Of a DNA stretch of 64,000 nt, positions 41,601 to 54,377 are shown piece after piece. Position numbers and translations under genes: made by a program. The DNA is taken from the NCBI RefSeq assembly GCF_006345805.1, contig NC_042998.1, positions 99,138,001-99,202,000 on the forward strand, given 5' to 3'. The notes beneath the pieces were generated by a model. The model was given only the letters and a program-made list of their open reading frames with translations. It made no database searches and had not been told where the DNA came from. How positions within the stretch are numbered: position 1 is the stretch's first letter; each line of letters starts with the position of its first letter. This DNA comes from Octopus sinensis (taxonomy: Eukaryota).

Positions 41601-44600
41601 AGGTAGATGGCCCTGCTCGATCTGTAGAAAAGGCATAGGTAGAAACTCTATAAGACGTACCCAGTGTAAGCTATGGACACATAAGAGGTGCAGCAATATC
41701 AAAGGAAGGCTAACTGGGAAGATAGCTTTTGTATGTGGCAGATGTTCAGGAACAGTAAACACTGAAAATGTGCAGAAAACAACTTCTCTCACATTCCAGG
41801 GATAAAAACTAGAAACAGTTAACAGCTTCCGTTACCTAGGTGACCAAGTCAGTAGCGGGAGTGGATGCTCTGAAAATGGAGCTGCTAAAATAAGAATAGC
41901 CTGGGCAAAGTTCAGAAAGCTCCTACCTCTGCTGGTGACAAAGGGCCTCTCACTCAGAGTAAAAGGTAGACTGTATGATGAATGTGTATGAACAGCCATG
42001 CTACATGGCAGTGAAACATGGGCCATAACTGCTGAGGACATGCGTAAGCTTGCAAGGAATGAAGCCAGTATGCTCCGCTGGCTGTGTAATGTCAGTGAGC
42101 ATACACAACAGAGTGTAAGCACCTTGAGAGAAAAGCTGAACCTTAGAAGCATCAGATGTGGTGTGCAAGAGAGATGACTGCGCTGGTATGGACATGTGGT
42201 GCAAATGGATCAGGGCATCTGTGTGAAAAAGTGTCACACCCAAGCAGTTGAGGGAATCTGTGAAAGAGGTAGACACAGGAAGACCTGGGATGAGGTGGTG
42301 AAGCACGACCTTTGAACATTGGGCCTCACCAAGGCAATGACTAGTAACTGAGACCTTCGGAAATATGCTGTGCTTGAGAAAACCCAGTAAGCCAAGTGAG
42401 ACAATAACCCATGGCCTATGCCAGTGGTGTAACCAGCCTACTTATTCGTTGCTTGTGAAGACCTGTTGAGGCAAGTGAAATCACAATCAAGATCAAATTC
42501 ACTGATGTGGCCAGTGACAGCACCGCCTGACTGGTAGAACGTTAAAAGCACTATCCGAGTGTGATTGTTGCCAGGGCTGCTGACTGGCTCCCATACTGGT
42601 GGCACATAAAAAGCACCATTCGAGTGTGATCATTACCAGTGTCGCCTTACTGGCACTTCTGCTGGTGGCACGTGAAAAACAACATTTGGATGAGGTCGTT
42701 GCCAGTGCTGCTGGACTGGCTCCTGTGCAGGTGACACATAAAGAACACCATGTGAGCGTGGCTGTCGCCAGTACCACCTGACTGGCCCTCGTGCCAGTAG
42801 CATGTAAAAGCACCCACTACACTCTCAGAGTGGTTGGCATTAGGAAGGGTACCCAGCTGTAGAAACTCTGCCAGATCAGATTGGAGCCTGGTGCAGTGAT
42901 CTGGCTCGCCAGTTCTTAGTCAAACTGTCGAACGCATGCCAGCATGGAAAGCAAACGTTAAACAATGATGATGATGATGATGATGACCATTTCAAATGCT
43001 AACAGGTTAACAAAAAAAATGTTGGATTACTGACTAATTTGGAGGTAAAAACAAATAACTTTTATGAACTACCAAAACTTTATAAATCTTAAGAAATTCA
43101 TATCTGTTTAAAGGACTTTAGTACACCATATGTAAAGACTGCCAAAGTGTCTGATGTAAAATTATGCCCAAGTGTCACAAGACAACATCAAGCACTAATC
43201 AATTAATCAATTTACTGGACATAATTTTGAAATTTGGTCCCTAGTTTCATCAGAAATTATATGAACTTCCTAAACCATGTTCTAGAAAGAGTAAATATAG
43301 AGATGATCCTGGTTAGTTTCAACATGAGCAGCTTCTACATAAATAACCCCCATGAATTAGGATTGGGAGCAGTATAATTCTGGATATGGATAGACAAATA
43401 TCCAAACAGAATTCAGGAGAGATTCTGAAAAGAATTTATCCTAGCAGGATTACAATTAGTGCCACAACTTCTATAATAACCAATAATTCCTTCAAATAAA
43501 AGGGACAGCAATGAGCATGAAAGTTACACCCACATTTGCAACACAAGTGATAGGATTTCTTGAAGAAAAATCACTCTATGCCTGATGATCTAGGATTACT
43601 TAATCAGCATTTCCTATTCTATTTAAAACAAAACTGGAAAAGATTCCTGGATGACTGCTTCATATCATGGAACAGAATTAAGGAAGATCTTACATGATTT
43701 CTGAAATTAATGAATTGGTCCAATTCACTATGAAAATGAATGAAAGGGAACTTTCTTTTTGGACATCTTGAAAATTATTGAAAATGTGATTTTTACAGCT
43801 TATTTCTACTGCAAAAACATAGACACACACCAGTCCTTAGATTTTAGATCTTGTCACCCATCATATATTAAAAAGAATATCCCTCTTAATATAGCAATAC
43901 ATATATGTTCCCATTATTATATGCTCTAGTCAATGAGATGACTGGTGGAATTAAAAATATTCCTTTAGTAGCAAAAATACCTGAAAACTTTAGTAAATAA
44001 TACTGTAACCAATGTAAAAGAGATCTCAATCTCTGTTTTATAGAGAACCTCTCACACTGAGGGTAAAGATAAAAACAAAAGCATAAATATTCCATGTCCT
44101 AGTCACCCATAATGCTAGAAACTATAATATCTTACAGCTGGTTAAACAATACCTTCCAATTCTATACCAGTCACAAAACTCAGGAAATAACTGAAGAATC
44201 ACAAATTATTAAGAGCTGAAGACAGCCACCAAATCTTGAAAGACTTGAAATGTGAAATTTACTCCAGAAGAAAAGAAAAGCAAGTAATAAAATGTAAAGA
44301 TCTGTTATGTGGGACATGTGAGTTAATTGAACAGGGCAAAACCAAAAAATTTGAGAATGAGAAGGAACTGAAGGTTAATGCAAATATGAATTGCAAAACC
44401 AAAAATCTCATTTACTACATCACATGCCCACATTGCAATGAGTATTATATTAGCCAAACAGGATCAAAATTTGTAGATTGGGTTACGGTTCATAAACAAG
44501 TCAAAGATTCATCTCTTGAAAATGTTCCATGTGGTGAACATCTAGATATTTGTGCAAGTGGAAAACTCAAAATTTTAATTTTTTTCAAAATAAAGGAAAG

Positions 44601-44670
44601 GAGTGATCAACTATAAAAACCAAAAGAAAAATATTTTATAAGAATTTCAAATCCAAAGTTAAACTGGAAA
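38700..44670 (+). mobile_element. Decayed Penelope-like element (RT + GIY-YIG), split by a MITE/RTE insertion at 39287-43010
   Basis: LVSFNMSSFYINNP, QIKGTAM, WKRFLDDCF; CGTC..CKTKNLIYYITCPHCNEYYISQT (GIY-YIG with upstream CxxC); 5' boundary uncertain. Confidence 0.85.
39460..42986 (+). mobile_element. Young near-full-length RTE LINE (APE, RT, PHD-like finger, 3' UTR), frameshifted
   Basis: 592-aa ORF 39563-41341 (GDFNGHVG, QIDYIL, QHRLV, NYRGIKLL, FVDMEKAFDRVP); YADD at 41446; (GAT)n tail. Confidence 0.96.
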
Positions 44671-45019
44671 TATTCAGCACCACTACTAAAAACAACAGCT
44701 TCTCAACAGATAACCTTATAACATGTGTGCTTGAAACAGCATAAAGTACTTATATGACAGGAAAACTTCCTTCCATAAGGTTTGTGTCTGTTTTTTTAAG
44801 ACTTTTTTATTTAGTTAATTTTTAATTTACAAAAATCTCTCTTTAAATATTATGACTAAATCAAGAATTTTTACCAAAAACTTTGTGTGTGTGTGTGTGT
44901 GAGTGTATGCATATATGCTTATATGTTTGTGTGCATTTGTGTATAACACACATAAACACACACACACACACACACGTACACACATATAGATATAGATCTA
45001 TTTATCTATACCTATATAC

Positions 45020-45790
45020 TCAACTTAGCTACCCTCAGATTCCACCATTGCCTCAAGACAGCTCCAGAACCTAGCACATGCATTTCTCACTGTGTCCCAA
45101 GGAAGAACTTTGACCATCTCCTTGATCTTGGTCCTCGGCCCAGACTTAGTGTTGCAAGCAGAGCAGTTAGTGTTTTTCTCAACCATGCACCCCACCACAC
45201 ATACATACATACATACATTCAGTGAATCATGGGACTACAGTCATGGGAATTAAGAGGCTAGAAATTGTGGATGGTTGAGTCATATAAATTCTCCAACCCT
45301 CACTTCTGACTCTTTCCAGTGGTATGGCAAAGAACTGAATCCTGCTGTCGCACATATGGCCTTCTAGTAGCAACTCTCTCAGCTAGGGTTTGACCAGTCT
45401 GCATCAGCTTCGCATAGTCATCTAAATTAAGCTTAAGGCTCTGTTCAAAGATGTGGAGTGACATGATGCCATCCTTACTGGAGACATGCCCAGTGACAGC
45501 TTCATAGTCTCTGTTGCAGCTGCCCATGTCATGTCTTACTGCTTTTAGTGTTCACAGAGCATTGAACAGCAGCCATAATGTTAGCATTTTGATACCTGAT
45601 GCAAATCATCATGATACAGGTGACACTTTTCCAATATTCAAACAGCTTCCAGGTATCCATGTCAGCTAACATTTCCTCGGCTACAACTTTAACCTTTATG
45701 CTCTCAAACGCTGTTCATTGTTCACCAATACAAGGTATTCCTGATAAAAGAAAATATAAAATTTTGTCAAATTTAGCTAAAATACCCTGT
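45020..45790 (-). mobile_element. Decayed maT/DD37D-like transposon
   Basis: RRPYVRQQDSVLCH and ACARFWSCLEAMVESEG; terminus ACCCTG|TA; related to 17551-18834. Confidence 0.7.
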
Positions 45791-45958
45791 ATATCTATTT
45801 ATATATATATATATACTTCAAATAGAGGTCATAATAAATTCATGAAGGGATGGTATCATCCAAAGAAATACTGGTTCAATACCTAATATTTTTGTGAGGG
45901 AGGTTAATATCCATAAAATAATAGGTTTATATATAAATGATGGTTTATAATCATGCAA

Positions 45959-46304
45959 ATGAATAATAAGAAAATGGAGATATTGAAGTTAATATGAGTT
46001 TATTATCAGCAAAAAAATTTATCATTATCCCTTATAGCTGTTTCAATTAAGCTCAGTGAAATTTAATAAGTATTAAAATCATATTTCTGAGCTTAATCTT
46101 ATACTGCCATGATGATTCAAATAACTAACATATAAAATATCTAAGGGTATATTCTTCCTCCCTCTGAAGAGATTAAGCTCAGAAATATGATTTTAATACT
46201 CATTAAATTTCACTGAGTTTAATTGAAACAGCTGTAAGGGATAATGATCGATTTTTTGCTTATAATAAATTCTTATTTACTTCAATATCTCAATTTTCTT
46301 ATTA

Positions 46305-46308
<4 letters not shown>
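45959..46308. repeat. Inverted repeat (arms about 45959-46100 and 46170-46308), Penelope pLTR-like
   Basis: Arms are reverse complements; bracketed by (TA)n. Confidence 0.9.
46159..46241 (+). ncRNA. Type I hammerhead ribozyme motif
   Basis: tccct-CTGAAGA-[gattaagctcag...ctgagtttaatt]-GAAA-cagctg-TA-aggga; GUA site after 46236. Confidence 0.82.
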
Positions 46309-46401
<93 letters not shown>

Positions 46402-46634
46402 TATATATACAAATATCATTATTTCTAATTCTCTCTAAAGGAGACTATGGCAGTAGTATTGGATATTAATAGTTATCGCCAAGCTAACATGGCAGTCCAG
46501 AAAAATAGGACGAATGCTGCCGTTGTTTAGCTCCAAGAGGCCATCGCCTCTAGCTAGCTATGTGACACACAAACCTGTGTCCATTTTAACCTTTGAAAAG
46601 GGGAGATCAGCAGCTTACCCTTGCTGGTCTGGCA

Positions 46635-46677
46635 TCCACAGACTAGTTTCAAGGTGGTTGCTTCTTATCAATGTGGA
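46635..46677 (-). ncRNA. Minimal type I hammerhead motif, U3-A8 variant
   Basis: tccaca-TTGATAA-gaagcaaccacctt-GAAA-ctag-TC-tgtgga. Confidence 0.72.
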
Positions 46678-46828
46678 GTGGCCTAACCCAGCAGGCGTCG
46701 CTGCTGACCGACTGTTCAAAGGATTATTTACCTAAATTCAGTGGAATACATCCACTGGTTTTTACTGAATTTAGGTAAATAATTCTTCGAACAGTCGGTC
46801 AGCAGTGACGCCTGATGGGTTCGGCTAC

Positions 46829-46871
46829 TCCACATTGATAAGAAGCAACCACCTCAAAACTAGTCTGTGGA
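46829..46871 (+). ncRNA. Minimal type I hammerhead motif, U3-A8 variant, G12 mutated
   Basis: tccaca-TTGATAA-gaagcaaccacctc-AAAA-ctag-TC-tgtgga. Confidence 0.62.
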
Positions 46872-48341
46872 TGCCAGACCAGCAAGGGTAAGCTGCTGAC
46901 CTCCCCTGTTCGAAGGTTATAATGGACACAGGTTTGTGTGTCACATAGCTAGCTAGAGGCAATGGCCTCTTGGAGCTAATCAACGGCAGCATTCGTCCTA
47001 TTCTTATGGATGGATGGGTGGATATAAATATAAATATAGATATCTTTTAAATTTGTTTGTGGAAAATGTTTTGAATATGCAAATAAAGCTCCTATTAGCC
47101 TTCATACTGGTCAAAAAGGATAAGCATCCCTCTGCTGTACATCCATTAATGCTATATCACCTGAAGAAATGGATCACTGAAGATGATCAACCTGATACCA
47201 ATGGATACTACGAACTACACTGTTATCATCCTAGGAATACAGACTATGATCTTAAGAGTTGTGATTTGTGGAAACACACATAGCGATGCATTAAATGTTT
47301 ATAAATTCTATCCAAGGATTATGTGTGTGTGTGTGTGTGTTTTATATAGTTATATGATGTTTGTGGTATTTTTATAATTTTGTTACTGTTTATTATGTTC
47401 AGCATTTATTTATATGTTTATTATGTTCAGCATTTATTTATATGTTTATTATGTTCAGTTTATTATGTCCAGCCTCACTGGAAATTTACAGATTGTGCAT
47501 CCATACTGAAAGCTCTCCCTGTTCCTCTGCCTTAATAATTGTTATTAACAAAGAAAAACAAAACCAAAATATTGAGAGGAGGCTTTGAACTAACAATGTT
47601 CAAAATTGGAAGAAATATTACAAAGCATTTTGTTCAACACTCTAACAATTCTTCCAGTCTACCACCCTTCATAACAGTCTTAATAATGGCAATTTTTAAG
47701 TCCAAATCAACATGGATGCATTATTAATTAACCAAATACTGTGATATTCACCTTGAGAGGTCCTCTCATATAGACACATGATGCATAAAAGCACAGACAT
47801 AGTGTAGCAGATGAAAATCATATAGTATAGATACCAGGACTGCTAGATCACAGGATTTCAGCATACTGCACTTCTTCAGTGGTACATACTGGTGACCACA
47901 TATCAACCAAATTTCTCTGCCAACAATATATAGAGTAATAGCATCTTTCAGCCACTAGTTTTGCAAATAGCCAGTTGGCTTATTAAAAAATAATCATTTG
48001 CAAAGGAAGCAAATACTATGTGTTTTTATGAATCTCTCACAACAAATACTGCAGTATTTGGTGTTCTAACAAGACTTCCACTTTAAGTTGGATTTAAAGA
48101 TAGTCTTTTAATACTAATACTTCTTCTATTACTAATAATTTTTTCTAATATCTTAATGATATATAATTTTTCATGAAACTTTATGTAGATATGTTTTTGG
48201 GTATGTGGATGAACTCACATTGATGAAATTATTTGCTTTTTTGGGGGGGGGGGATGGTTATTTACCTTCTTAACCATTCAATGACTTTCTGCATGACATA
48301 AAAACCTATGATATTATTCCAGTAGATATTATTCTCTACTA

Positions 48342-49603
48342 TTAGGTTGTTCCGAAAATAATGGCCGCTCTAAGTGTTGTATTTTGAAACACAATTTTAT
48401 CATAGTATTTTAATTATAGTTTAAGTGAATTTTGATATATCTAATAATTGATGTATGCTCTTTAATAATTTTCTGCATCCTTGAAGCTTAGTTGCCCTTA
48501 ATTATGAGTATGACAAAAAAGGACCTTTGCTTACTTGTCTTGCATGAGTTCAAGCTTGGGCATACTGCCTCCCAAACTGCTGCTAATATCAACAGAGCAT
48601 GGGGAGAGGCGTCCACAAGTGACTGCACAGTACAAAGGTGGTTTCAGAAATTCTGTAGTGGTGATGAGAGCCCTGAAGATGAAGAAGGTAGAGGACGGTC
48701 ATGCAGTCTTGACAATGAACAATTGCTTACAATTGTTGAACAAAACCATGTCAAAGTGTCAGAGAAATGTCTCAGGCACTTGGTGTCGGTATTACAATAG
48801 TCTCACACAATCTGCAGAAGATTGGTAAGGTGAAGAAGTTTGATAAATGGGTACCACATGAGCTCAATGAACATCAAAAAGTTCGTATTTTGAAGTGTGC
48901 TCAATGCTCTTTCTGCAAATCACCAATAATCCTTTTCTTGACCGAATAGTCACTTGTAATGAAAAGTGGATCCTTTATGATACCGTAAATGATCAGGTCA
49001 ATGGCTTGATCGTGATGAGTCCCCCAAATATTTCCCAAAGCCAAAGTTGCATCAGCAAAAGATTATGGTGACTGTCTGGTAGTCTGCAATTGATGTTGTC
49101 CATTACAGCTTTCTGGAAGCCAATCAGAGTATTACAGTAGAGGTTTATTGCAATCAACTCATTGAAATGCATGCTCACTTGCAAAAAATGAGACCTGCAT
49201 TGGTGAATCGGCATGGCCCAATTCTGCTCCACGATAATGCAAAGCCACATATTCCAAGAATGGCATGGCAGAAACTCACAGACTTGGGATATGAGGCTTT
49301 ACTACATCCTCCATATTCTCCTGATCTTTCATCTACTGACTACCATTTTTTAAAACTTTAAGCATGTTTTTAAGTGATAAAACTTTCAGGTTCAAACCAG
49401 AGGTGGAATCAGCTTTCATAGATTTCTTAGCATCAAATCCAATAAGTTTTTATCAATGAGGCATAAATAATCTTGTTGATCAATGGCAAAGATGAATAGA
49501 TGTTCATGGCTCATACTTTGACCAATCAAAACATTTCTATTGTTAATTTTTCCAGAATAAAATTATGTTTCTGAAATTGGCTATTATTTTCCGAACAACC
49601 TAA
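48342..49603 (+). mobile_element. Full-length decayed mariner (DD34D)
   Basis: TA|TTAGGTTGTTCCGAAAATAAT ... ATTATTTTCCGAACAACCTAA|TA; WVPHEL, LHDNAKPH and HPPYSPDLSSTDY motifs. Confidence 0.95.
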
Positions 49604-50212
49604 TATTACGAATTTGGAAGGTTTAATGAAAAAATTTTCAAATTTTCCTTTCATAATCAAAATATTCTGGATGATATTCTGCAATATTCCCCCTTTCATA
49701 CATCTAACATCAAACATGTTGTTTAACGCTCATGAGCAAGTTGTTGAATGATTACAGATATGAAGATTTATTTAGTTTCTGAACAAAATAATAATAATTA
49801 TTATTTTTTGTCTCTAAATTGTATCAGCATAATTATGACGTGTACCCTCTACAAAATTTATATAAAACGTAAATGGGAATTTCAGTACTAAACTGTAGTT
49901 ATGTCTCAGACATTAAGCTCTACTATTTATTAACTTGGACAGTTGGTTAAAACACACAACATTCTTTATTAATACAGTTTAATGTGAGTTCACTATGTAC
50001 AGTGTGCATGGGGTGCTTCACCTGCAAGGTCATGTGCTGTTTATCTTGATATAAGATCACCATCTCACACACATATAGCTGTGATGCATGTGCCTGGTGT
50101 ACCCTTATCATATTGGTAGTCATGATGGATAAATTGAGCATTGTATATTTGTGCCCTAGTCTCACTTTGATGGCATGTGCTGTCCTCTCACTCAATATAT
50201 ATATGTGTGTGA

Positions 50213-50296
<84 letters not shown>

Positions 50297-50299
50297 TTA

Positions 50300-51290
50300 T
50301 ATTTATGTATTCATTTTGCAAGATTCTTGATGTGAACTTGTGTGTTGAAACAGATATTGTTGTATTTGGAAATGGTCATGTTGCCAATTTAGCCAATGAA
50401 AACACATGCACTATTTATTCGGTGTTCGCTTACTTCAGCTTTATTTCCTAGCTTTACAGTTTGTGGGCTAACTCTTTATAAACTGTAAAGCTAGAAATGT
50501 AGTCTATAGAATAAGATGTACAGAGGGACAAGGCAAAAACAAGACAATGACGTATGTAGGGGAGACAACACGTAGCATAGTTAATGAGCATTGGAGGGAA
50601 CTCAAGGAAGAGAAGAGCTTGTCGGTACTATACCAACATGCTGAGTGGGACCACGGGGGATCACTCAACAACATAGAAGTAAAAATTTTGTTGCCACATA
50701 AGATGGACACAACACTTAGACAAATTACAGAAGCTACATAGATAATAGAAAATAAAGCTAGCCTAAATAGAAAACTAGAATGAAACACTAGCACACACAC
50801 CCCACACCACAACCTGATGACGGAATAAGATCCCCATAAGCTAATAATAATATGAAACTAATACAATAGATAGATAAATAAATGGAATTAAGTAATTAAA
50901 GACATAAACAAAATACAATAAAAAGGTAAGTATATAAAGACAAATAAATAAAATAAAATAAAATGAACGTGGATAAACAGGGGATACTAATAATGCAGGT
51001 ACCATACACATTGCCCCACACACACACTTATCAAACATAGACACACACAGGGATACATGCATGCGCAAATAAAGACACATGCAACAGGAACACAAAATGG
51101 CAGATCGTGAGGAAGGAAAGACACAAAAAAGAAAGAAGAAATCAAAGGAACACTGATGAGGTCACAGAAGTGTGTCGAAAGAACTCTGGCCAAAATATAA
51201 AGCTGAAGCAAGTGAACACCAAATAAATAGTGCATGTGTTTTCATTGGCTACATTAGCAACATGACCATCCCCAAATACAACAATATGTA
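50300..51290 (+). mobile_element. 5'-truncated Penelope-like element: GIY-YIG fragment between inverted pLTR-like arms
   Basis: YVGETTR..H..E motif (50547-50741); 50355-50445 is the reverse complement of 51197-51287; flanked by TA runs. Confidence 0.8.
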
Positions 51291-51432
51291 TGTGTGTATA
51301 TATATATATAGAGAGAGAGAGAGAGCGAGAGAGAGAGAGAGAGAGAGAGATGTATATGTATATATTTATATATAGATATACACAGATACATCACACACAC
51401 ACACACAGATATATATTATGTGTGTGTGTGTA

Positions 51433-51507
<75 letters not shown>

Positions 51508-51616
51508 GGTGATGGAGAGCTAAATGGCGGTGCCCCAGCATGGCCACAGCTCGTGAGCTGAAACTAGATAAAATTTTTTTTTTTAAATATATATATATAT
51601 AGATAGATAGATGATT

Positions 51617-51652
<36 letters not shown>

Positions 51653-51891
51653 CACATGCATACATATGCACACACACACACACATGAAAATTCAAAATCA
51701 AGTGAAAAAAATAACAGAATGGAGAATTAATTGTGTTGCAATATATAGATTCATCTTTTCACATTCTGAAATTAGTATGTGTTATTGGCACTGGTTCTAA
51801 TGAAGATTGTAAATAATCTACATTGTACCACTCTTTGAAATCACCATTGATCAAGCTACTAATTCTTAGTTATTTAACCCTTTCCTTTCAG

Positions 51892-51946
51892 ACGGAAGAT
51901 ACATGCTGGCCGGTACAATAAGAGCATGCTGAGTGAGTCCTGCTGA
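51892..51946 (+). CDS. FAM228B: Probable last coding exon of the FAM228-like gene, (R)RKIHAGRYNKSMLSESC*; alternative donor at 51933
   Basis: Acceptor ccctttcctttcag; phase 2 joins exon 37614-37846 in frame. Confidence 0.6.
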
Positions 51947-52708
51947 CTAAATACAAAAACATAGAAAACCAGAGACTTTTTTCTTTACAGAACAATAGGC
52001 TGGAAGAGATCTGAATTCTATTTTTATCTGAATGAACAGTATCATAGGACACAATCTACTCCAGTCCAATGCTTGTTAAGCAAATATAGATATTGATCAA
52101 CACTCATTGACTTGGATATTTTCACAATCTAAAGGAATTTTCTAGTTCACATCTTTTAAGATGATACTTTTATGAGTTTTCAGAATGATTTCTAACATAG
52201 GTACAAGACTATACATTTTGTCTTCTTTTTCTTTTTTCTTTTCTCTCTCTCTCTTTTGCTGTGGGAGAGAATTCTTTCAACATTGATACTTTATCAGTAC
52301 TTAATTTATCTACTCCAGAAAAGCTAATGATGATAGGTTAAGTTGACCTTGGACAGATTTCAACAAGTTTCTAAAAGATATTAGGGTGTTGCCTGATTAC
52401 CCTAGTGATAATAATTATAAGAGTTTCTGATTTCTGAAAGCCAGAAAATTTTTAGGGGAACAGGTTAGTAAATTCCAGTAACCTCAATATTTGACAGGTA
52501 CTTTATTTTATAGACCCCCTAAAAGTTTAAAATCAATATCGACCATAGCAAGATTAGAACTCAGTTCATAAAAATCCTGAATACTAAAGATAACAAAATT
52601 TAGTGAAGACATGGTTGATTATATCAACCCCAATTGTTGACTAATACTTAATTTTATCAACCTCTACATGGGAACTGCTAAGTTGATCTGAGATTTCACC
52701 TCAAATGG

Positions 52709-53066
52709 TAACCTTTTTGTTACTATATTTCTGTTGAAATGCACAAAGTCCATTTCAATTAATTTTGATATTAATGCAGAAATTAGTAAAAAAAAATCTT
52801 TGCCATTATTAAACTGATGTTTGATACATAAATTAACATGAAATTTTGGTGGAGAGTTTTAATTTTTGATACCAACCTGTCTAGACTACTCCTGAGTCTA
52901 TGATCTCTTTTAAAGAGATCTTAATTAAAATCTTCCATCAAAATTTGATGCTAATTATGTTCCAAACATCAGTTGGATAATGATAAAACTATTTTACTAA
53001 ATTTGTCATTAGTTTCAAAATTAATTAAAACTAAAGTAGTGTAAATATGGTAGCAAAAGGATTAAG
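52709..53066. mobile_element. Palindromic piggyBac-type MITE (related half copy at 63028-63185)
   Basis: TAACCTTTTTGTTAC.. / ..GTAGCAAAAGGATTAA; internal inverted arms. Confidence 0.6.
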
Positions 53067-54343
53067 ATAGAAATTTGTATCATAAAAACGAGAGTGGTGT
53101 CAGGTGGGTTGGTATCAAAAGAGCTAATGGAAGTTACTAAATATAGCCAGGCAGTTTGTTCACTGCTTTATAAATTCTGTTATCTTTCTATTGCCTGATG
53201 TCCAACATAGACTCAAAGTCACAATTTAAGGATGCTGATGACGGGACTAATGTTTATTTAATTGACCTCTAAAGGGGAAAAAGCATAATTCGCCATGCTC
53301 GGATTTAAATGATTTCTCACATCAGCATAACACCACAAATTTGTTGGTGAGGGGTGCAGTCAATTTAATCATCTTCAAAAGGATGAAAGACAAAGTTGAT
53401 TTTGGCAGAATTTGAACTCAGAATATAAGGAACCAGAACAAATACCACAAGTATTTGTTCTGGCTTCTGATATTCTGAGTTCAAGTCCCCCTGAGGTCAA
53501 CTTTGCCTTGATAAAATAAGGTACCAACCAAATAATGGGGGTTAATTTAACTGACTAAATGACTGACCTTTCTCTCTAAATTTCATGCCTTGTGTCTGTG
53601 TTAAAAGCAATTATTATGATTGTGTACAAATCCCACCAAGATCAACTTCGCCTTTCATCTTTTTGGCATCAGTACTATAAAGTACCAGTCTAGTACTGGG
53701 ATTAAATCAACTTATCCTCTCCCACAAATTTCTAGCCTTTCTTAGAAAGGATTATTATTATTGTTTATGTTGACCAAGTTCAAATAATTTTTTTTTTTTA
53801 CTTTTCACAAGGCCACAATTTGTATAAGGGATCAGAATAAGTAATTTGTCATGTTCATGTTTTCTTCAAAAAAGATGAAAAATACCAGTCAAGTTATTCT
53901 CTACTATTATAATTATATGTTTGGCTTTCGCTTTGTATTTGCACAAGTTGACTCCAAGTCTCACCCGGAAACTTGAAGAGACAAGTTAGAAGTTCAGTTT
54001 GGTGTTATGACTAGGGTACCTTTTATTGGAGCTCCTGGAGTCTTGTATGCATAGCGGGCTTGCTACCTGCAGCCTACAGTACCATGCTATCCATTCTTTT
54101 TCATTATTATTATTATTATGAAGGCAGAAAGCTGGCAGAATCATTAGCATGCTGAGCAAAATGCTTAGCAGTATTTCGGCCGTCTTTATGTTCTGAGTTC
54201 AAATTCCACCAAGGATGACTTTCGGGGTCGGTAAATCAAGTACCAGTTGAGTACTGTGGTCAATGTGATTGACTGTCCCCCTCTGCACAAAATCCAGACC
54301 TTGTGTTTATAGTAGAAAGGATTATTGTTATTGTTATTATTAC

Positions 54344-54377
<34 letters not shown>

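Larger units (their letters stand above)
46496..47010. repeat. About 515-bp hairpin element (arms 46496-46742 and 46764-47010)
   Basis: About 16 mismatches over about 247 bp by manual alignment. Confidence 0.95.

Noticed and set aside
43582-43615. CTGATGA motif as a hammerhead (also at about 2033, 22368, 30928, 53235)
   Set aside because: No stem II followed by GAAA and NUH
44700-44790. Hammerhead at the 3' end of the large Penelope element
   Set aside because: Only GAAAC is visible; core and stems could not be reconstructed
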